A DNA stretch of 64,000 nucleotides from Nemertoderma westbladi. Lineage: Eukaryota; Animalia; Xenacoelomorpha. The stretch is taken from positions 62,001 to 126,000 of the forward strand of contig JAUCBJ010007522.1 in NCBI GenBank assembly GCA_032718475.1. The letters are read 5' to 3'. The position numbers were made by a program, and so were the translations under genes. A model generated the notes under the pieces. It saw only the letters and a list, made by a program, of their open reading frames with translations, ran no database searches and was not told the DNA's origin. Shown here one piece after another: positions 50,601 to 62,218 of this stretch. Position 1 is the stretch's first letter. Each line of letters begins with the position of its first letter.

Positions 50601-53600
50601 TTGAAATGGCTTCCTTTCCACGAGTACTTTAAAGACAATATACAGAACTCACTTTTGACTGAAGGAGAAAAATTAAGATTTCTCATTGAATGTCTAGAGG
50701 GACCCCCAAAAACAATGGCTCTGAAATATGTAGGTCATCCTCAAGGGTTACAAGAAGCATGGAACACACTTTCTGAAAGGTATGGTGATCAATCTACCAT
50801 TGCGATGTTTGTGTTTGACAAATTAATTACAAAGAAACGTATAGCAGGTGGAGGCTTGGTTGAGTTCTCGGATGAAGTCCATGAGTTGTGTAGACAGTTA
50901 GATTGGTTGAATAAGGGAGAAATGTATGACAATTACATGGTCGTCAATAAAATAGCTGGTGCTCTACCAAAGGGAAATGTTGGTAATCGATGGGATCGTT
51001 TTGTTGTTCAAAACAAACGTGATAGACAGCGTGACGTCACCATGAGAGACTTCCTTAAATTCCTCAAGGATGAAGTCACTCTACAATTTCAAAGAGATGT
51101 CCGTGAAAGAGGAAGTGAGGCCAAACCAGCAACCGAGAAACCTGTTATTGTTCCCAGAAAAAGAGTTATGAATATCTATGACCCAGAATACGATAGCAGT
51201 ATTTCTTTGAGAGAAGACATGGAATCTGATTCCCAGGAAGTCTACTATTCGAAACCAACCGGTAAACCCAATAGCCGACTCCATACACTGACAAATACGA
51301 AAGGTGATATACAAACCTCCACCCAACGTGATATAAGATCAACCAATGGGATACTACCACGATCCCAAGTAACTAACACAAATGATAAAACGGTAACAAA
51401 TAAATATCCTAATACATGCCCCTTTTGTCCAAAGGTAAGTCATCAAATGTACCAATGCCCAGAATTTTTAAAGATGAGTGATTTAAAAATTTTTAAAGAT
51501 CCAGGAGATGGTTTATTAAGAACCAACGTATATGCTACAAATGCTTGAAATTTGGTCATTTGAGGAGAGATTGCAAAATCGTAGGTATTGAGTGTCCAAA
51601 ATGTAACGGTTCACATCATGCTCTGCTACATAGCGAATCTTACACCCCTAGAAGTATGGAACAACGTGTACACTTCAGTGACGCTTGCGAAGATCCGTAT
51701 GACTCTGACGAACTGGCAGGTTCTCCATATCCAGGTGAGTTTTCAGATGATAGTGACTCGTGTAATGTGTATCATATTATGATGGAAAGAGCCCTAACTT
51801 ATGTCTCAAACCCGGAAACAGACGATATCACACCATTACAACACTCATCAGTTAATCAGGTGACAAAACTGAAACAGTCCAGGAATGTAGGAGTAAGAGA
51901 ATTTCCCATAGTCCAGGTGAGATTACATGCAGGTAAAAGAAGCATTATACTAAATGCATTAATGGATTCTGGCAGCACGAATACCTTCATAGATAAAGAT
52001 CTTGCTGAGACACTGTGGGACAACCACGAAATATATCCCATGCGACTTAATTTAGCCGATGTAATGCAAAAATGGACTTCAACATTGGAAACGTTCTATT
52101 GCATTGGTGCTCTGTCAGCCCCGACCAATCATGATCATATATACTCATTGGACAATGTAAAAATGGTGGCGATAAAGAACTTCACGAGGGGACAAGCACC
52201 ATTATATAATTGGGATGAAGACGAATTCACCAACGAACATAACATACCCCGTTATGATGTTGACAGTCCTGGAATTTCCCTCCTGATTGGACAGAATGCA
52301 CATGAGGCTCTCGAGATATTGGAGAAGATACCTAAAAAACCTTTACCTTTAGCACCATACGCATGTAGGACGCGGATAGGTTGGTATTGTACGGGACCTT
52401 CAACGAAAACCTTACAAGAACGAACCGGAGCAAGTATAAAGGTAAACGAAGTTCTTAGCTATGACTCATCACTTGAAAATGTCTTATCGACTGACAATGA
52501 CCAAAACATAGACCTAGAGAATGATGAGACTGATACAGAGTTAATTGATGACGAACAGTATATTAATTATCAAATGCAGAATTATAATTCTTTGCAAGGA
52601 AATTTTGTTAACGATGAACATGACGAATTAAGTGAAATCTTGCGAGCTCAGGCTGAATATAATGCTGAGCAACAACTCGTTGAAGATGAGCGATCCCGTG
52701 ACATACAACGGACTACCACAAAATTCTTAAAGAATGAAGGTAAGTATGAAATAGGTTTACTTTGGCGCTCTCGGGATCCCAAGTTCCATAACAACAGAAT
52801 TCTAGCAGAGAAGAGAGTGGAACAATTAAAGCGACGTTTGGCTGCAAACCATAACGCATGGCACATGTATAGGGAACAGATGGAGAAGTTCATCACAAAA
52901 GGGTATGCTGAAGAAGTGCCAACAAGGACACCAGAATCAAATCGGACATACTATATAACTCATCACTATGTGGAACGTCCCGACAAGCCAGGTACTGTGA
53001 GAGTGGTCTTTGATGCTTCAGCTCTATATAAAGGACAGTCTCTCAATTCAGAATTAATGACTGGTCCCAACATGTTGCAATCCCTTCTAGGAATCTTGAT
53101 TCGCCTTCGCCAATACTCGATCGCCTTCGCCTCAGATATTGAAGGCATGTTTTTACAAGTGAAGGCCCTACAAGTAGACAGAGATAGCCTCCGGTTTTTT
53201 TGGTGGCCAGACGGAGACTTTAGAAAACCTCTGAAGGAATATTGGATGACGGTACAAGCGTTTGGCATTAATTCCAGCCCATCTAACTCATGCTTCATTG
53301 TTCATACCACGGCGGATGATAACCAACATGATTTCTAGCCCACCATCCTAGAAAATATCAAGAAAGATATATATATGGATGACAACTTGAAGTCTGTTCT
53401 AACCGTTGAGGAGGCGATAAGCATAGCGAAAGGCACAGTAGAATGTCTTAAACGAGGAGGATTCAAGCTCACGAAGTTCGCTAGCAACTCCAGAGAGTTT
53501 CTGGACTCAATACCATTCGAAGACCGTGGTGCGAAAAATCTGGATTTGACACGTGATGATTTACCGGAAACAAAGACATTAGCTTCTAAAGCTCTCATTG

Positions 53601-54966
53601 TGAATAAAGAGTTAAGGACACGACCACCTAGGGCAGAATTGAAAGCAGGTTTCTATGCAACAACTGTTGCTAAAAACGTGACTGAATATTTGAATTTTGA
53701 AATATCAAGGACTACATTTTGGACTGACGCTGTCTTGGTTCTAGAATATTTAACTAACGAAGTATGTCAGTTTAGTGTATATGTAACGAACAGAGTTGCA
53801 ATCATGCTCAGCCGCACAAAGGTGGATCAATGGAGGCATTGCCCCGGTACTATCAATCCCGCTGACATTGCTTCGCGTGGTGCGACTACAAGAGAGTTGA
53901 TTAATACCAAATGTTGGCTCAACGGACCAGAGTTCTTATGGGAGGCTGGAAACGAATGGCCGAAAAATCTGACACCGGCAGAAATCCGACAGGCTAAGGG
54001 AGCCGAAATAATAAAGCCAAGGAAAACTACAAAATCAAAGTTATTCACCAAACCACTTGATATAACTGCCCAAATAGTTGACAATGACTTGGCCCGGAAA
54101 CCAGAAACTTCTGGACTTCAGAATTCGTATTTCACTAAACATGAGGAACCCCATGAAAACATAACGACCAATTCAGACTTACCAAACCATATTAGTGATA
54201 CTTCAAAGATCACACCACGACAATCAAGTGATACATTGCCTAACATAAAACAAGGATTATCACCCTTATTGGAAGAAGCAATGAATCACTATAGTTCTTG
54301 GTACCGGTATAGACTTTGTAAGAGCGAGACATATCTCAAGAAATACGTGCACTACCGTTTTGGTGTGTCTAGAGACTGTACACCAGCAGTGACGCGAGGA
54401 GATATTGATGAGACTAATAAACAACTACTGCGTCTTTCTCAGAAACTCGATGACCCAGCAAGGTACAATAAATTGGTGAGTGAACCAGGCATCACGTTGC
54501 GTGACAATTACACAAGTGTCATGATAGATGGGTTAATTAGGGTAGGGGGTAGATTGACTAACGCTCCTGTGTCTAAGGATACCATATTCCCAATAATAAT
54601 ATATAGCCCAGATATACAACGTAAGTTAATTCAAGACACACATGCCAAACTTTACCATGCTGGCCGTGAACGAATTCTTAGTGAACTGCGCACTCGTTAT
54701 TACTTGGTTAAACCCCGTAAGTCACTTAATAAAATTTTAAGGAATTGCATCCCCTGTAAAAGACTGTACAGTAAGCCATTAACCCAAATTGAAGCGGAGT
54801 TACCACGTGAGAGGGTAAGTTGCTACCAACCGCCGTTCACAAACACCGGTGTTGACATGTTTGGACCAATAGAGGTCAAACGAGCACGTACCAAAGTAAA
54901 ACGATGGTGTATTATATTTGTTTGTCAGACGTGTAGAGCGATACATCTGGATATGGTCAACGACAT
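47678..54966 (+). pseudogene. BEL-3 gag-pol (stops, frameshift, deletion spanning the RT end and RNase H start), interrupted in integrase by the Gypsy
   Basis: IKFNGD gag, zinc knuckles, LMDSGS protease, YITHH, RVVFDAS and YMDD RT, WRHCPGTINPADIASRG, HAKLYHAG..CIPC, GVDMFGP. Confidence 0.92.
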
Positions 54967-55267
54967 TGTTAGATTATGTATTGTAAGGGCTCTAGTAGAC
55001 CCTGGCTTGGTGGTGGTTAGATCCAACCTACTGGTCTTTTAGCTACCGGTCTTCTTCTGGTATTCCGGTATTCAGTCTTTCCTATCTTCTAGGTCTGTAG
55101 GTACAGTAACCGTTACCAGTACCTACTGTACTGCTGTACTGATGTGCTGTAAGGTGGTGGGTGTGTTCGTTGGTCTGTTGGTTCTTATTATTGTTTGATA
55201 TGCTGTTCTGTATGTCGACCATTAATAAACTGATGCAGCTGGTATTCATTTATTTCCGATCCCAATA

Positions 55268-55280
55268 TGGCGCAGTGATG
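55268..55280 (+). promoter_or_regulatory. tRNA primer-binding site (TGGCGCAG, tRNA-Ser type)
   Basis: TGG immediately follows the 5' LTR. Confidence 0.7.
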
Positions 55281-55443
55281 TACTTGATGTTCCTACAACC
55301 CTATTCAAATGGTGGACATTCCAGCGCATTCAGCAGGTTAGATAATTCAACATTATTCTACCGGTCGCCTCTACTGATTCTGATATAGGCCTAGCTACCT
55401 ACCTATACTTCTGGTGGTGTACCTACTCCAGTACTCTTCTAAA

Positions 55444-55615
55444 CTAAGCCCTTGGGACGGACAGTGGAGTGACTCACGCTGGTTATCGTTGTCGTTGTGT
55501 AGCTACTACGTTGGCGAAAAACACAGCGACGACGGTAGCCTACATCGGCGCTGAGGACCTTGCGCTGTCCGGGGGCCTTGAGGGGTAGGCAGCGACGCCC
55601 GCTAGCCTAATTATA
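55444..55615 (+). ncRNA. Structured RNA module in the Gypsy 5' leader, shared with BEL-2
   Basis: ~90% identical to the reverse complement of 22348-22513; the substitutions in stems retain pairing. Confidence 0.6.
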
Positions 55616-55817
55616 CTGTTATAACTACCGGTACCTATTCAATTCACATTCAGCAGTCAGGTGGTATTCCAGTCTGCCAGTATTCGATAACTACAGATTT
55701 TGGCTGATTTGCGTGCAAAAGTTTTGCACATTTTTGCAAAATTTTTTCTTTTCGGATTTTTCAAATTTTTTCGGATATTTAATTTCCTGAAATTTCTTTA
55801 ATATTCAACAGTCAGAT

Positions 55818-58800
55818 ATGCCTACTAAAGCTGAACTCGAAACCGAACTGGAGGTTTTAAGAGAACAGTTGGCTGGTCGTGGTAATCCTGATCCCACCTC
55901 AGCTCTTCTACATGCATTAGTTAAATCGCAACGCGATTTGGCTGATTCCTTAGCACAATCCCAAGCCCAAAATGCCCATCAATTTCAACAATTACTTGGT
56001 CAACCGCATCAACCTGTAGTTCATCAGTCTGACTCAACCCCTCGTAATCTTCAAATTAAAGCACCAATTGCTTTAGAACCGGATTTCAGTTTAGCAAAAT
56101 TTGAAACTCGGAAGTCGGTTTGGGCGGATTATTATTCTGCATTTCAGATGGATAGAATGGCTAGGGATAGGCAAATCTGTATTTTCAGGAGTTACCTTTC
56201 TATAGGTATGCGCTCTACACTGGAACAAGTTATTGACATTCCTCCTGACACACATGATAATCCTTTAACAGTTCAGGTGTTAATAGATTGTATTCAAAGT
56301 TATTTTCGTGGTAAACGGAATATAGCCCTTGATTGTGTTCAGTTTGATAATAGGAAACAACGTCAAAGTGAAAATTTTGATAGCTACCTGGTTGCTATTA
56401 AAGATCTTGCTCGAGATGCTGATCTATGTCGTCATTGTTTCGATCGGCGGTTGACTACTCGAATTATGTCTGGTATTTCTTGCGAGGACACCAGATCTAA
56501 ACTTCTTGCATTGACTCCATTTCCATCGCTTGAAGATGCTGTAAATCTTTGTAGGTCTGAGGAATCAGCCCAAGCTGGAGTTCAGGATTTAAAAAACCCT
56601 TCAATCAACCAAGCTTCTCGACAATCTCGTTTTCACAACAAAAAGCCTTATAATTCCAGGCGCAACAATTCTTCTAAATCCAATTCCAGAAACAATTCTT
56701 CAACTACTGGCCCTATAGTTTGTTATGGTTGTGGTAAAACAGACCATAAACGCGCTGACTGTCCAGCAAGGAACAAAGATTGTTCTTATGGTGGCAAGGA
56801 AGGCCACTTTGCCAATGTTTGTCGGTCTAAACAAAATAATTCGAATTCATCTTCAAAACCTAAGACAAAACCCATTAGCCGCATCACCCTCAATTTGGTT
56901 GGAAGCCATAATCGACAAGCTCCGAAAGTATTTCTGAACTTCTGTCATATCGCAACAGGACATTTATTCGGTTCTCTCAAAGCAACTCCAGATACTGGTG
57001 CTGAGGCCACTGTTGCCGGCTTAGATTTTCTTCAGGCCCTTTCTATTGACAAAGAAAATTTACTTCCACCAGACCATGATGATCTTTCTGCTGCTAATGG
57101 TAGTCTTCTTTCATGCATTGGTCTCCTCCACACCACAATTTCCTATGGCGAATATTCAACTGATGAGCTCATCTGCATTTGTGAAGAAGTCGATGGAATT
57201 CTTTTGGCATGGTATACTTGTCAAAACCTAGGAATTATTTCAAGTTCATATCCAGAACCAGTGGCAGAAATTCAGTCTGTTACTTCTTCTAATTCTTCTA
57301 ATATGTCACCTATTGGTATTAAAAACTCAATTCCAACAACATCATTCAAGGTTGACTTCCATCTTTCTGATGAACCTTCGCCTTCAGAATGGGATACTGT
57401 TAAGCAGAAACTCATAAAGGCTTATTCTGATGTTTTTGACCAAGATGACAAACTTCGTCCAATGAATGGCCCACCCATGACCATTTCATTAAAAGATGAT
57501 GCCCAACCATATGCTATTCATACAGCCAGGCAACTTCCTTTAGCCATTAGAGACTGGGCTAAAGCTCGCTTAGAGAAAATGGTTGAACAAGGTATTATTT
57601 GTCCAGTTCTGGATAACGAACCAACTGATTGGGTCCATCCTTCCGATATCACTTCTGATATCACTTCCGATATCATTTCCGATATCACTTCCGATATCAC
57701 TTCCGATATCACTTCCGATATCACTTCCGATATCACTTCTGATATCACTTCCGATATCATTTCCGATATCACTTCCGATATCACTTCCGATATCACTTCC
57801 AATATCATTTCCGATATCACTTCCGATATCACTTCTGATATCACTTCCGATATCACTTCCGATATCACTTCCGATATCACTTCCGATATCGATTCGATTC
57901 CAGACGCACTTTCCCGTGCCCCTGTTTCGGATCCTACTCCAGAGGATATTCTTTGTGATACAGATGTCAATGACCATGTCTCCGCAGTCATACGTCACGT
58001 GTCTACCTCAATTGTTGTCTCTGATGCTCCAAGTCATCTCAAGGATTCATATATTGAGTCTATCCGATCATCTGCAAAGGATGATATTTCTTACATGGCT
58101 TTGGTGGATGCTGTTATTTCTGGATTTCCCTCAACATCCACACAATGTTCTGTGCACATACGCCCATTCTGGAATGTGCGACATCAGTTATCTTGTGAAG
58201 ATAATCTTCTTTTATTAGGTTCCCGGATTGTAATTCCATCTTCCCTCCGTAAGGATGTCCTGAAGCACCTTCATGATGCTCATCAGGGCATTGAACGTTT
58301 TAAGAGGAGAGCTAGGCAAACTGTATTCTGGCCTGGTATCAATAGCGATATTACAAGCATAGTCAATTCTTGTCCCCAGTGTCAACTTTATCAACCAAGT
58401 TTACCTACAGAGTCTCTCCAAAGCGACCCTCATCCATGTCTTCCAATGGAGGATTGCTCTGCTGATCTTTTCTACTTCAGCACCTGGTCATACCTGGTTT
58501 ATGTCGATAGATATTCTGGGTGGCCATGCGTTCATTCTTGGTGTGCCGATCCTTCCAGCTCTCAAGTTATTTCAGCTCTTCGAGGATGGTTCAAAGATTT
58601 CGGTATTCCAAAACGCCTTCGTTCTGATGGTGGTACACAATTTAATTCAGCACATTATCATGATTTCTTATCCGAATGGAATATCATCCCTGAGTATTCT
58701 ACTCCTGAGTATCCTCAGTCTAATGGCCATGCAGAGGGGGCTGTAAAGGCCATGAAATCATTGATAAAAAAGTTAGATATCAAAGGAGATCTAAACTCTA

Positions 58801-59282
58801 CTTGCTTTGTTCGTGGTTTGCTGGAATGGAGAAATACTCCTAAAGAACATGGTATGTCTCCAGCTCAACTGTTGTTTGGTAGATCCCTCCGTTCCACTAT
58901 ACCAGCTCATTCGTCCACACTGGCAGGTGATTCATTCCCTATCCCTGGTCCTTCAACGTCTTCAGCAACTGAATCATATTATAATGATCATGCTCACGAC
59001 TTAACCCCGATTCCTATTGGTTCCCGAGTTTGCATCCAGAGTGCACATTCCAAACTATGGAACAAATCTGGTATCGTCCTTTCCCGTGGTACTAGGCAAG
59101 ATTACAGGATTGAACTAGACAATGGTCGGGTGTATTGGAGAAATCGTCGTTATCTGCGTTCCATCCCAGATGACTCTTCTCTTCGTGACATAATGCCTCA
59201 AAAACAGGTACAGTTCGCTGATGATCTTCCCAGGCGCAGTTCGAGAACTCACAAGCAACCAGCAAGATTCGGAGTTCAATGA
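55818..59282 (+). CDS. Gypsy gag-protease-(minisatellite)-integrase polyprotein, uninterrupted 1154 aa
   Basis: CYGCGKTDHKRADC knuckle; PDTGA protease; RT start ...WVHP, then (SDIT)n, then PDALSR; HDAH..CPQC zinc finger; ADLF, SDGG and AEGAVK DDE motifs. Confidence 0.9.
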   Translation: MPTKAELETELEVLREQLAGRGNPDPTSALLHALVKSQRDLADSLAQSQAQNAHQFQQLLGQPHQPVVHQSDSTPRNLQIKAPIALEPDFSLAKFETRKSVWADYYSAFQMDRMARDRQICIFRSYLSIGMRSTLEQVIDIPPDTHDNPLTVQVLIDCIQSYFRGKRNIALDCVQFDNRKQRQSENFDSYLVAIKDLARDADLCRHCFDRRLTTRIMSGISCEDTRSKLLALTPFPSLEDAVNLCRSEESAQAGVQDLKNPSINQASRQSRFHNKKPYNSRRNNSSKSNSRNNSSTTGPIVCYGCGKTDHKRADCPARNKDCSYGGKEGHFANVCRSKQNNSNSSSKPKTKPISRITLNLVGSHNRQAPKVFLNFCHIATGHLFGSLKATPDTGAEATVAGLDFLQALSIDKENLLPPDHDDLSAANGSLLSCIGLLHTTISYGEYSTDELICICEEVDGILLAWYTCQNLGIISSSYPEPVAEIQSVTSSNSSNMSPIGIKNSIPTTSFKVDFHLSDEPSPSEWDTVKQKLIKAYSDVFDQDDKLRPMNGPPMTISLKDDAQPYAIHTARQLPLAIRDWAKARLEKMVEQGIICPVLDNEPTDWVHPSDITSDITSDIISDITSDITSDITSDITSDITSDITSDIISDITSDITSDITSNIISDITSDITSDITSDITSDITSDITSDIDSIPDALSRAPVSDPTPEDILCDTDVNDHVSAVIRHVSTSIVVSDAPSHLKDSYIESIRSSAKDDISYMALVDAVISGFPSTSTQCSVHIRPFWNVRHQLSCEDNLLLLGSRIVIPSSLRKDVLKHLHDAHQGIERFKRRARQTVFWPGINSDITSIVNSCPQCQLYQPSLPTESLQSDPHPCLPMEDCSADLFYFSTWSYLVYVDRYSGWPCVHSWCADPSSSQVISALRGWFKDFGIPKRLRSDGGTQFNSAHYHDFLSEWNIIPEYSTPEYPQSNGHAEGAVKAMKSLIKKLDIKGDLNSTCFVRGLLEWRNTPKEHGMSPAQLLFGRSLRSTIPAHSSTLAGDSFPIPGPSTSSATESYYNDHAHDLTPIPIGSRVCIQSAHSKLWNKSGIVLSRGTRQDYRIELDNGRVYWRNRRYLRSIPDDSSLRDIMPQKQVQFADDLPRRSSRTHKQPARFGVQ
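57642..57890 (+). repeat. In-frame 12-bp minisatellite (TCCGATATCACT) x ~21 occupying the RT-RNase H position
   Basis: Tandem array between the WVHP and IPDALSRAP codons. Confidence 0.95.
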
Positions 59283-59654
59283 ACTGACCTATTGGTGGTG
59301 GTTGGATTTTTTTTTTTCAGTACAAATGTCTCCTACATTGTTCTTGGGGGAGATGGTAGATTATGTATTGTTAGGGCTCTAGTAGACCCTGGCTTGGTGG
59401 TGGTTAGATCCAACCTACTGGTCTTTTAGCTACCGGTCCTCTTCTGGTATTCCGGTATTCAGTCTTTCCTATCTTCTAGGTCTGTAGGTACAGTAACCGT
59501 TACCGGTACCTACTGTACTGCTGTACTGATGTGCTGTAAGGTGGTGGGTGTGTTCGTTGGTCTGTTGGTTCTTATTATTGTTTGATATGCTGTTCTGTAT
59601 GTCGACCATTAATAAACTGATGCAGCTGGTATTCATTTATTTCCGATCCCAATA

Positions 59655-60539
59655 GACATGTCGATGGATAGCTTCCTTTTGTGTTTGAGACGACAGATAG
59701 CACGGTTCGGCAGCAGTCAAACTATACGTTCTGACCAAGGAACCAATTTCGTCGGCGCTAGCAGAGAAATCACCACATATGTTGATAGATGGAACCAGGA
59801 ACAAGTTGATGAGTTATTGAGAGTAAACGCGGCAACTTGGACATTCAACGCAGCTGATGCACCATGGTGGGGAGGTAGCTGGGAGCGGATGATCCGAAGT
59901 GTTAAAATAGCATTCCACCACGTGATACCATGCGGGGCATACCTAACAGATGAGTTACTTCGCACCTTTCTGGAAGAAATAGCAGCTTACATTAACGACC
60001 GCCCATTGATGCCTGCTTCGTCTGATCCGAAGTCATTGGAGTCGCTGACACCTGCCCACTTCCTGATGAAGAAACCTATCGTTATGGTACCTGTTTCTAA
60101 TTCGGAAGATTCCCATATATACTTACGTCAAACATGGCGGATGATGCAATTACTTTCCAATAGATTCGCCATACACTTCGAGAAACACTACTTACCATCT
60201 CTCCAACTGCGCACCAAATGGTTTAGTCGTCAGGAAAACCTTCAAATTGATGACGTAGTACTAATAGTCGACGACGATATCCCGAGGAAACGATGGCAAA
60301 CTGGACGTGTCACAGTTGTCCATACATCCGCTGACGGACTTGTGAGATCAGTCGACCTCATCGTAATGAGAAAGAAGAAACAAAGGGAGAAGGATAAGAA
60401 GAAATTAGAATTCGTACCTCAAACATTGAATAGACCAATTGGACGGCTCTGTTTGCTGGAAATAGCCCGCGAGGAATCAGGCGATTATGGTCGTAAAAAA
60501 CCAACACTGTATTCCTTTGAACACATTAATCCAAATTAA
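59655..60539 (+). pseudogene. Remainder of the BEL-3 integrase
   Basis: Continues ...MVND|MSMDSFLLCLRR; SDQGTNF, GGSWERMIR, LTPAHFL, RPIGRLCLLE. Confidence 0.92.
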
Positions 60540-62004
60540 TAAACATTGGATACGATTGTGATAACATTCCATCAAATCGTGGGAACGGGTTATTGTAAAT
60601 TCGGATTAACATAGCAAATTTTTTTAAAAAACTTAAAGAGTGCAGATTCTTAAAGTTTAGCTTATTTACGCTGTAAGAATATACTGTATGTACGCTCTAA
60701 GAATATCATGTATGTACGCTGTACCTGTAAGAATATAATGTAAATATTTAGGCTACATAATAGTGACACAAAATAAATTTGGCTTTATTGTACATTAATC
60801 TACGAGTCTATAATAGGCTTATACTCTGAAAGTGTACAGTAAAAGAAGTCCCATAGCATGTCAATAAAATATGACAAATCACGGGAACGGAATAAACTCC
60901 CACTGCTGAGTAAAAATTTTGTTCAACACCCCGTGTAATTATACTATATATCCCATTTGGTCTTATTGTACAATAACTTATGTTATAAATTGCTTAATGT
61001 TCGCCGGTGTACAATAAGAGAAGTCCCCACATAACAATATGAATAAATATATTGTTTATACCTTTGACAAACTGAATGTTTGGATGTCCCAAGGCATCGT
61101 TGAACCTATCCGATGTACTTGCACATCATAATAAGCATCAGTTGTTAACGTCGTATTATAAATAAAATATTAAAAGATCAAGGGAACGGATGGAGAAATT
61201 GAATATTTCTTTAACCGATGCACTTGCTGCGCTTTATAACAAACATTATTTGTTATAAATTTAAATAATTATGGGAACGGATTGCAAAATAAACCCAATA
61301 AAATAACCAATTTGGCCTCCTTGTACATTAATTCACGGATAGATATATTTATATTCAACCGGTGTGCAACGAGGGAAGTCTTCACAACAGTCAAATACTG
61401 TTGTCATTTTGACCATTTAAAGCCACAAGTCATCCCTGAATTAATCAGATATATTTGTGCGCGCAATAACGTCAATTGCTAACGTCTTTATATCTAATAT
61501 AAATGTTAAATTGCAAAATTTTCAAATAGAAGGAACAAAATAAATTATTTCAATCAGACAGAAATATATTAATATTTCATGTCACGTTATTTAATGTCAC
61601 AGATGATAAATAAGATATAAATCTGTTATATGACATTACCTCTATTTGAATGCATGATAACTACTCTAACTATTCTCGTTCTCCTAGATGCCGCAGTTAT
61701 AGTTGATTAATTCGAAAGATAAAGCATAATTATTGTTCAATTTTTGTCAAACAACAAATAATGGGATAATAATATGTATACAATTAGTAACTAGCTATGA
61801 AATTTAATTAGCGGCATCGTGGAAAACACCAAATCAACGGAACCTTTGTATTTGTGTCGCACCGTGAAATAAACAATTGATCTCAGCTAATCTCTGTGTG
61901 TTACAGTAGCGAGTTGCGGTATCTATTGGCAGTTTATATCTCACGAGTAAAGTTAAAGCTTTTGCCTCAATATTTTGTGACTTGCCGGCAATGATCAATA
62001 GCGG

Positions 62005-62164
62005 CCCGCAGCTCTGGATGGTTTTGAGGGACTCGGCTTAAGTTTATTGTCCGCCACCGGATTGGTAGTTATATCCGAAGGTGCGGAACAAAACAATAAA
62101 CTGCCCGAGAAACTCAAACCATACTGCGGGTGAAAGGGAAGAGGTGGCGACGTCCGCTAACCTC
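62005..62164 (+). ncRNA. Diverged structural homologue of the rod plus hairpin RNA module, upstream of BEL-3 ORF3
   Basis: Nested stems CCCGCAG/CTGCGGG, ATGGTTT(T)GAG/CTCAAACCAT, CTCGG/CCGAG and AGTTTATTGT/ACAATAAACT, then GAGGT-GGCG-ACGTC-CGCT-A-ACCTC. Confidence 0.55.
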
Positions 62165-62218
62165 AATTTCGACAAGCACTTATAACTCTTGATATCTTTG
62201 GATCATATATATCGAACA

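Larger units (their letters stand above)
54967..59654 (+). mobile_element. Ty3/Gypsy (Mag-like) LTR element lacking RT and RNase H
   Basis: 301-bp LTRs at 54967-55267 and 59354-59654 (4 differences seen); TSD GACAT; PBS TGGCGCAGT at 55268; PPT GGGGGAGA at 59346. Confidence 0.93.

Noticed and set aside
55510-55560. Hammerhead ribozyme (CUGAGGA plus GAAA)
   Set aside because: Stem II cannot close correctly, GAAA is GAAG in the BEL-2 copy, and the core is absent from the BEL-3 homologue.
57518-58218. Antisense and alternate-frame ORFs over the SDIT repeat, and similar shadow ORFs over the gag genes
   Set aside because: By-products of repeats or of the real frame on the opposite strand.
62110-62168. 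Group II intron domain 5/6 remnant
   Set aside because: The end resembles D6 (bulged A, AAU), but there is no complete D5 helix or catalytic triad.
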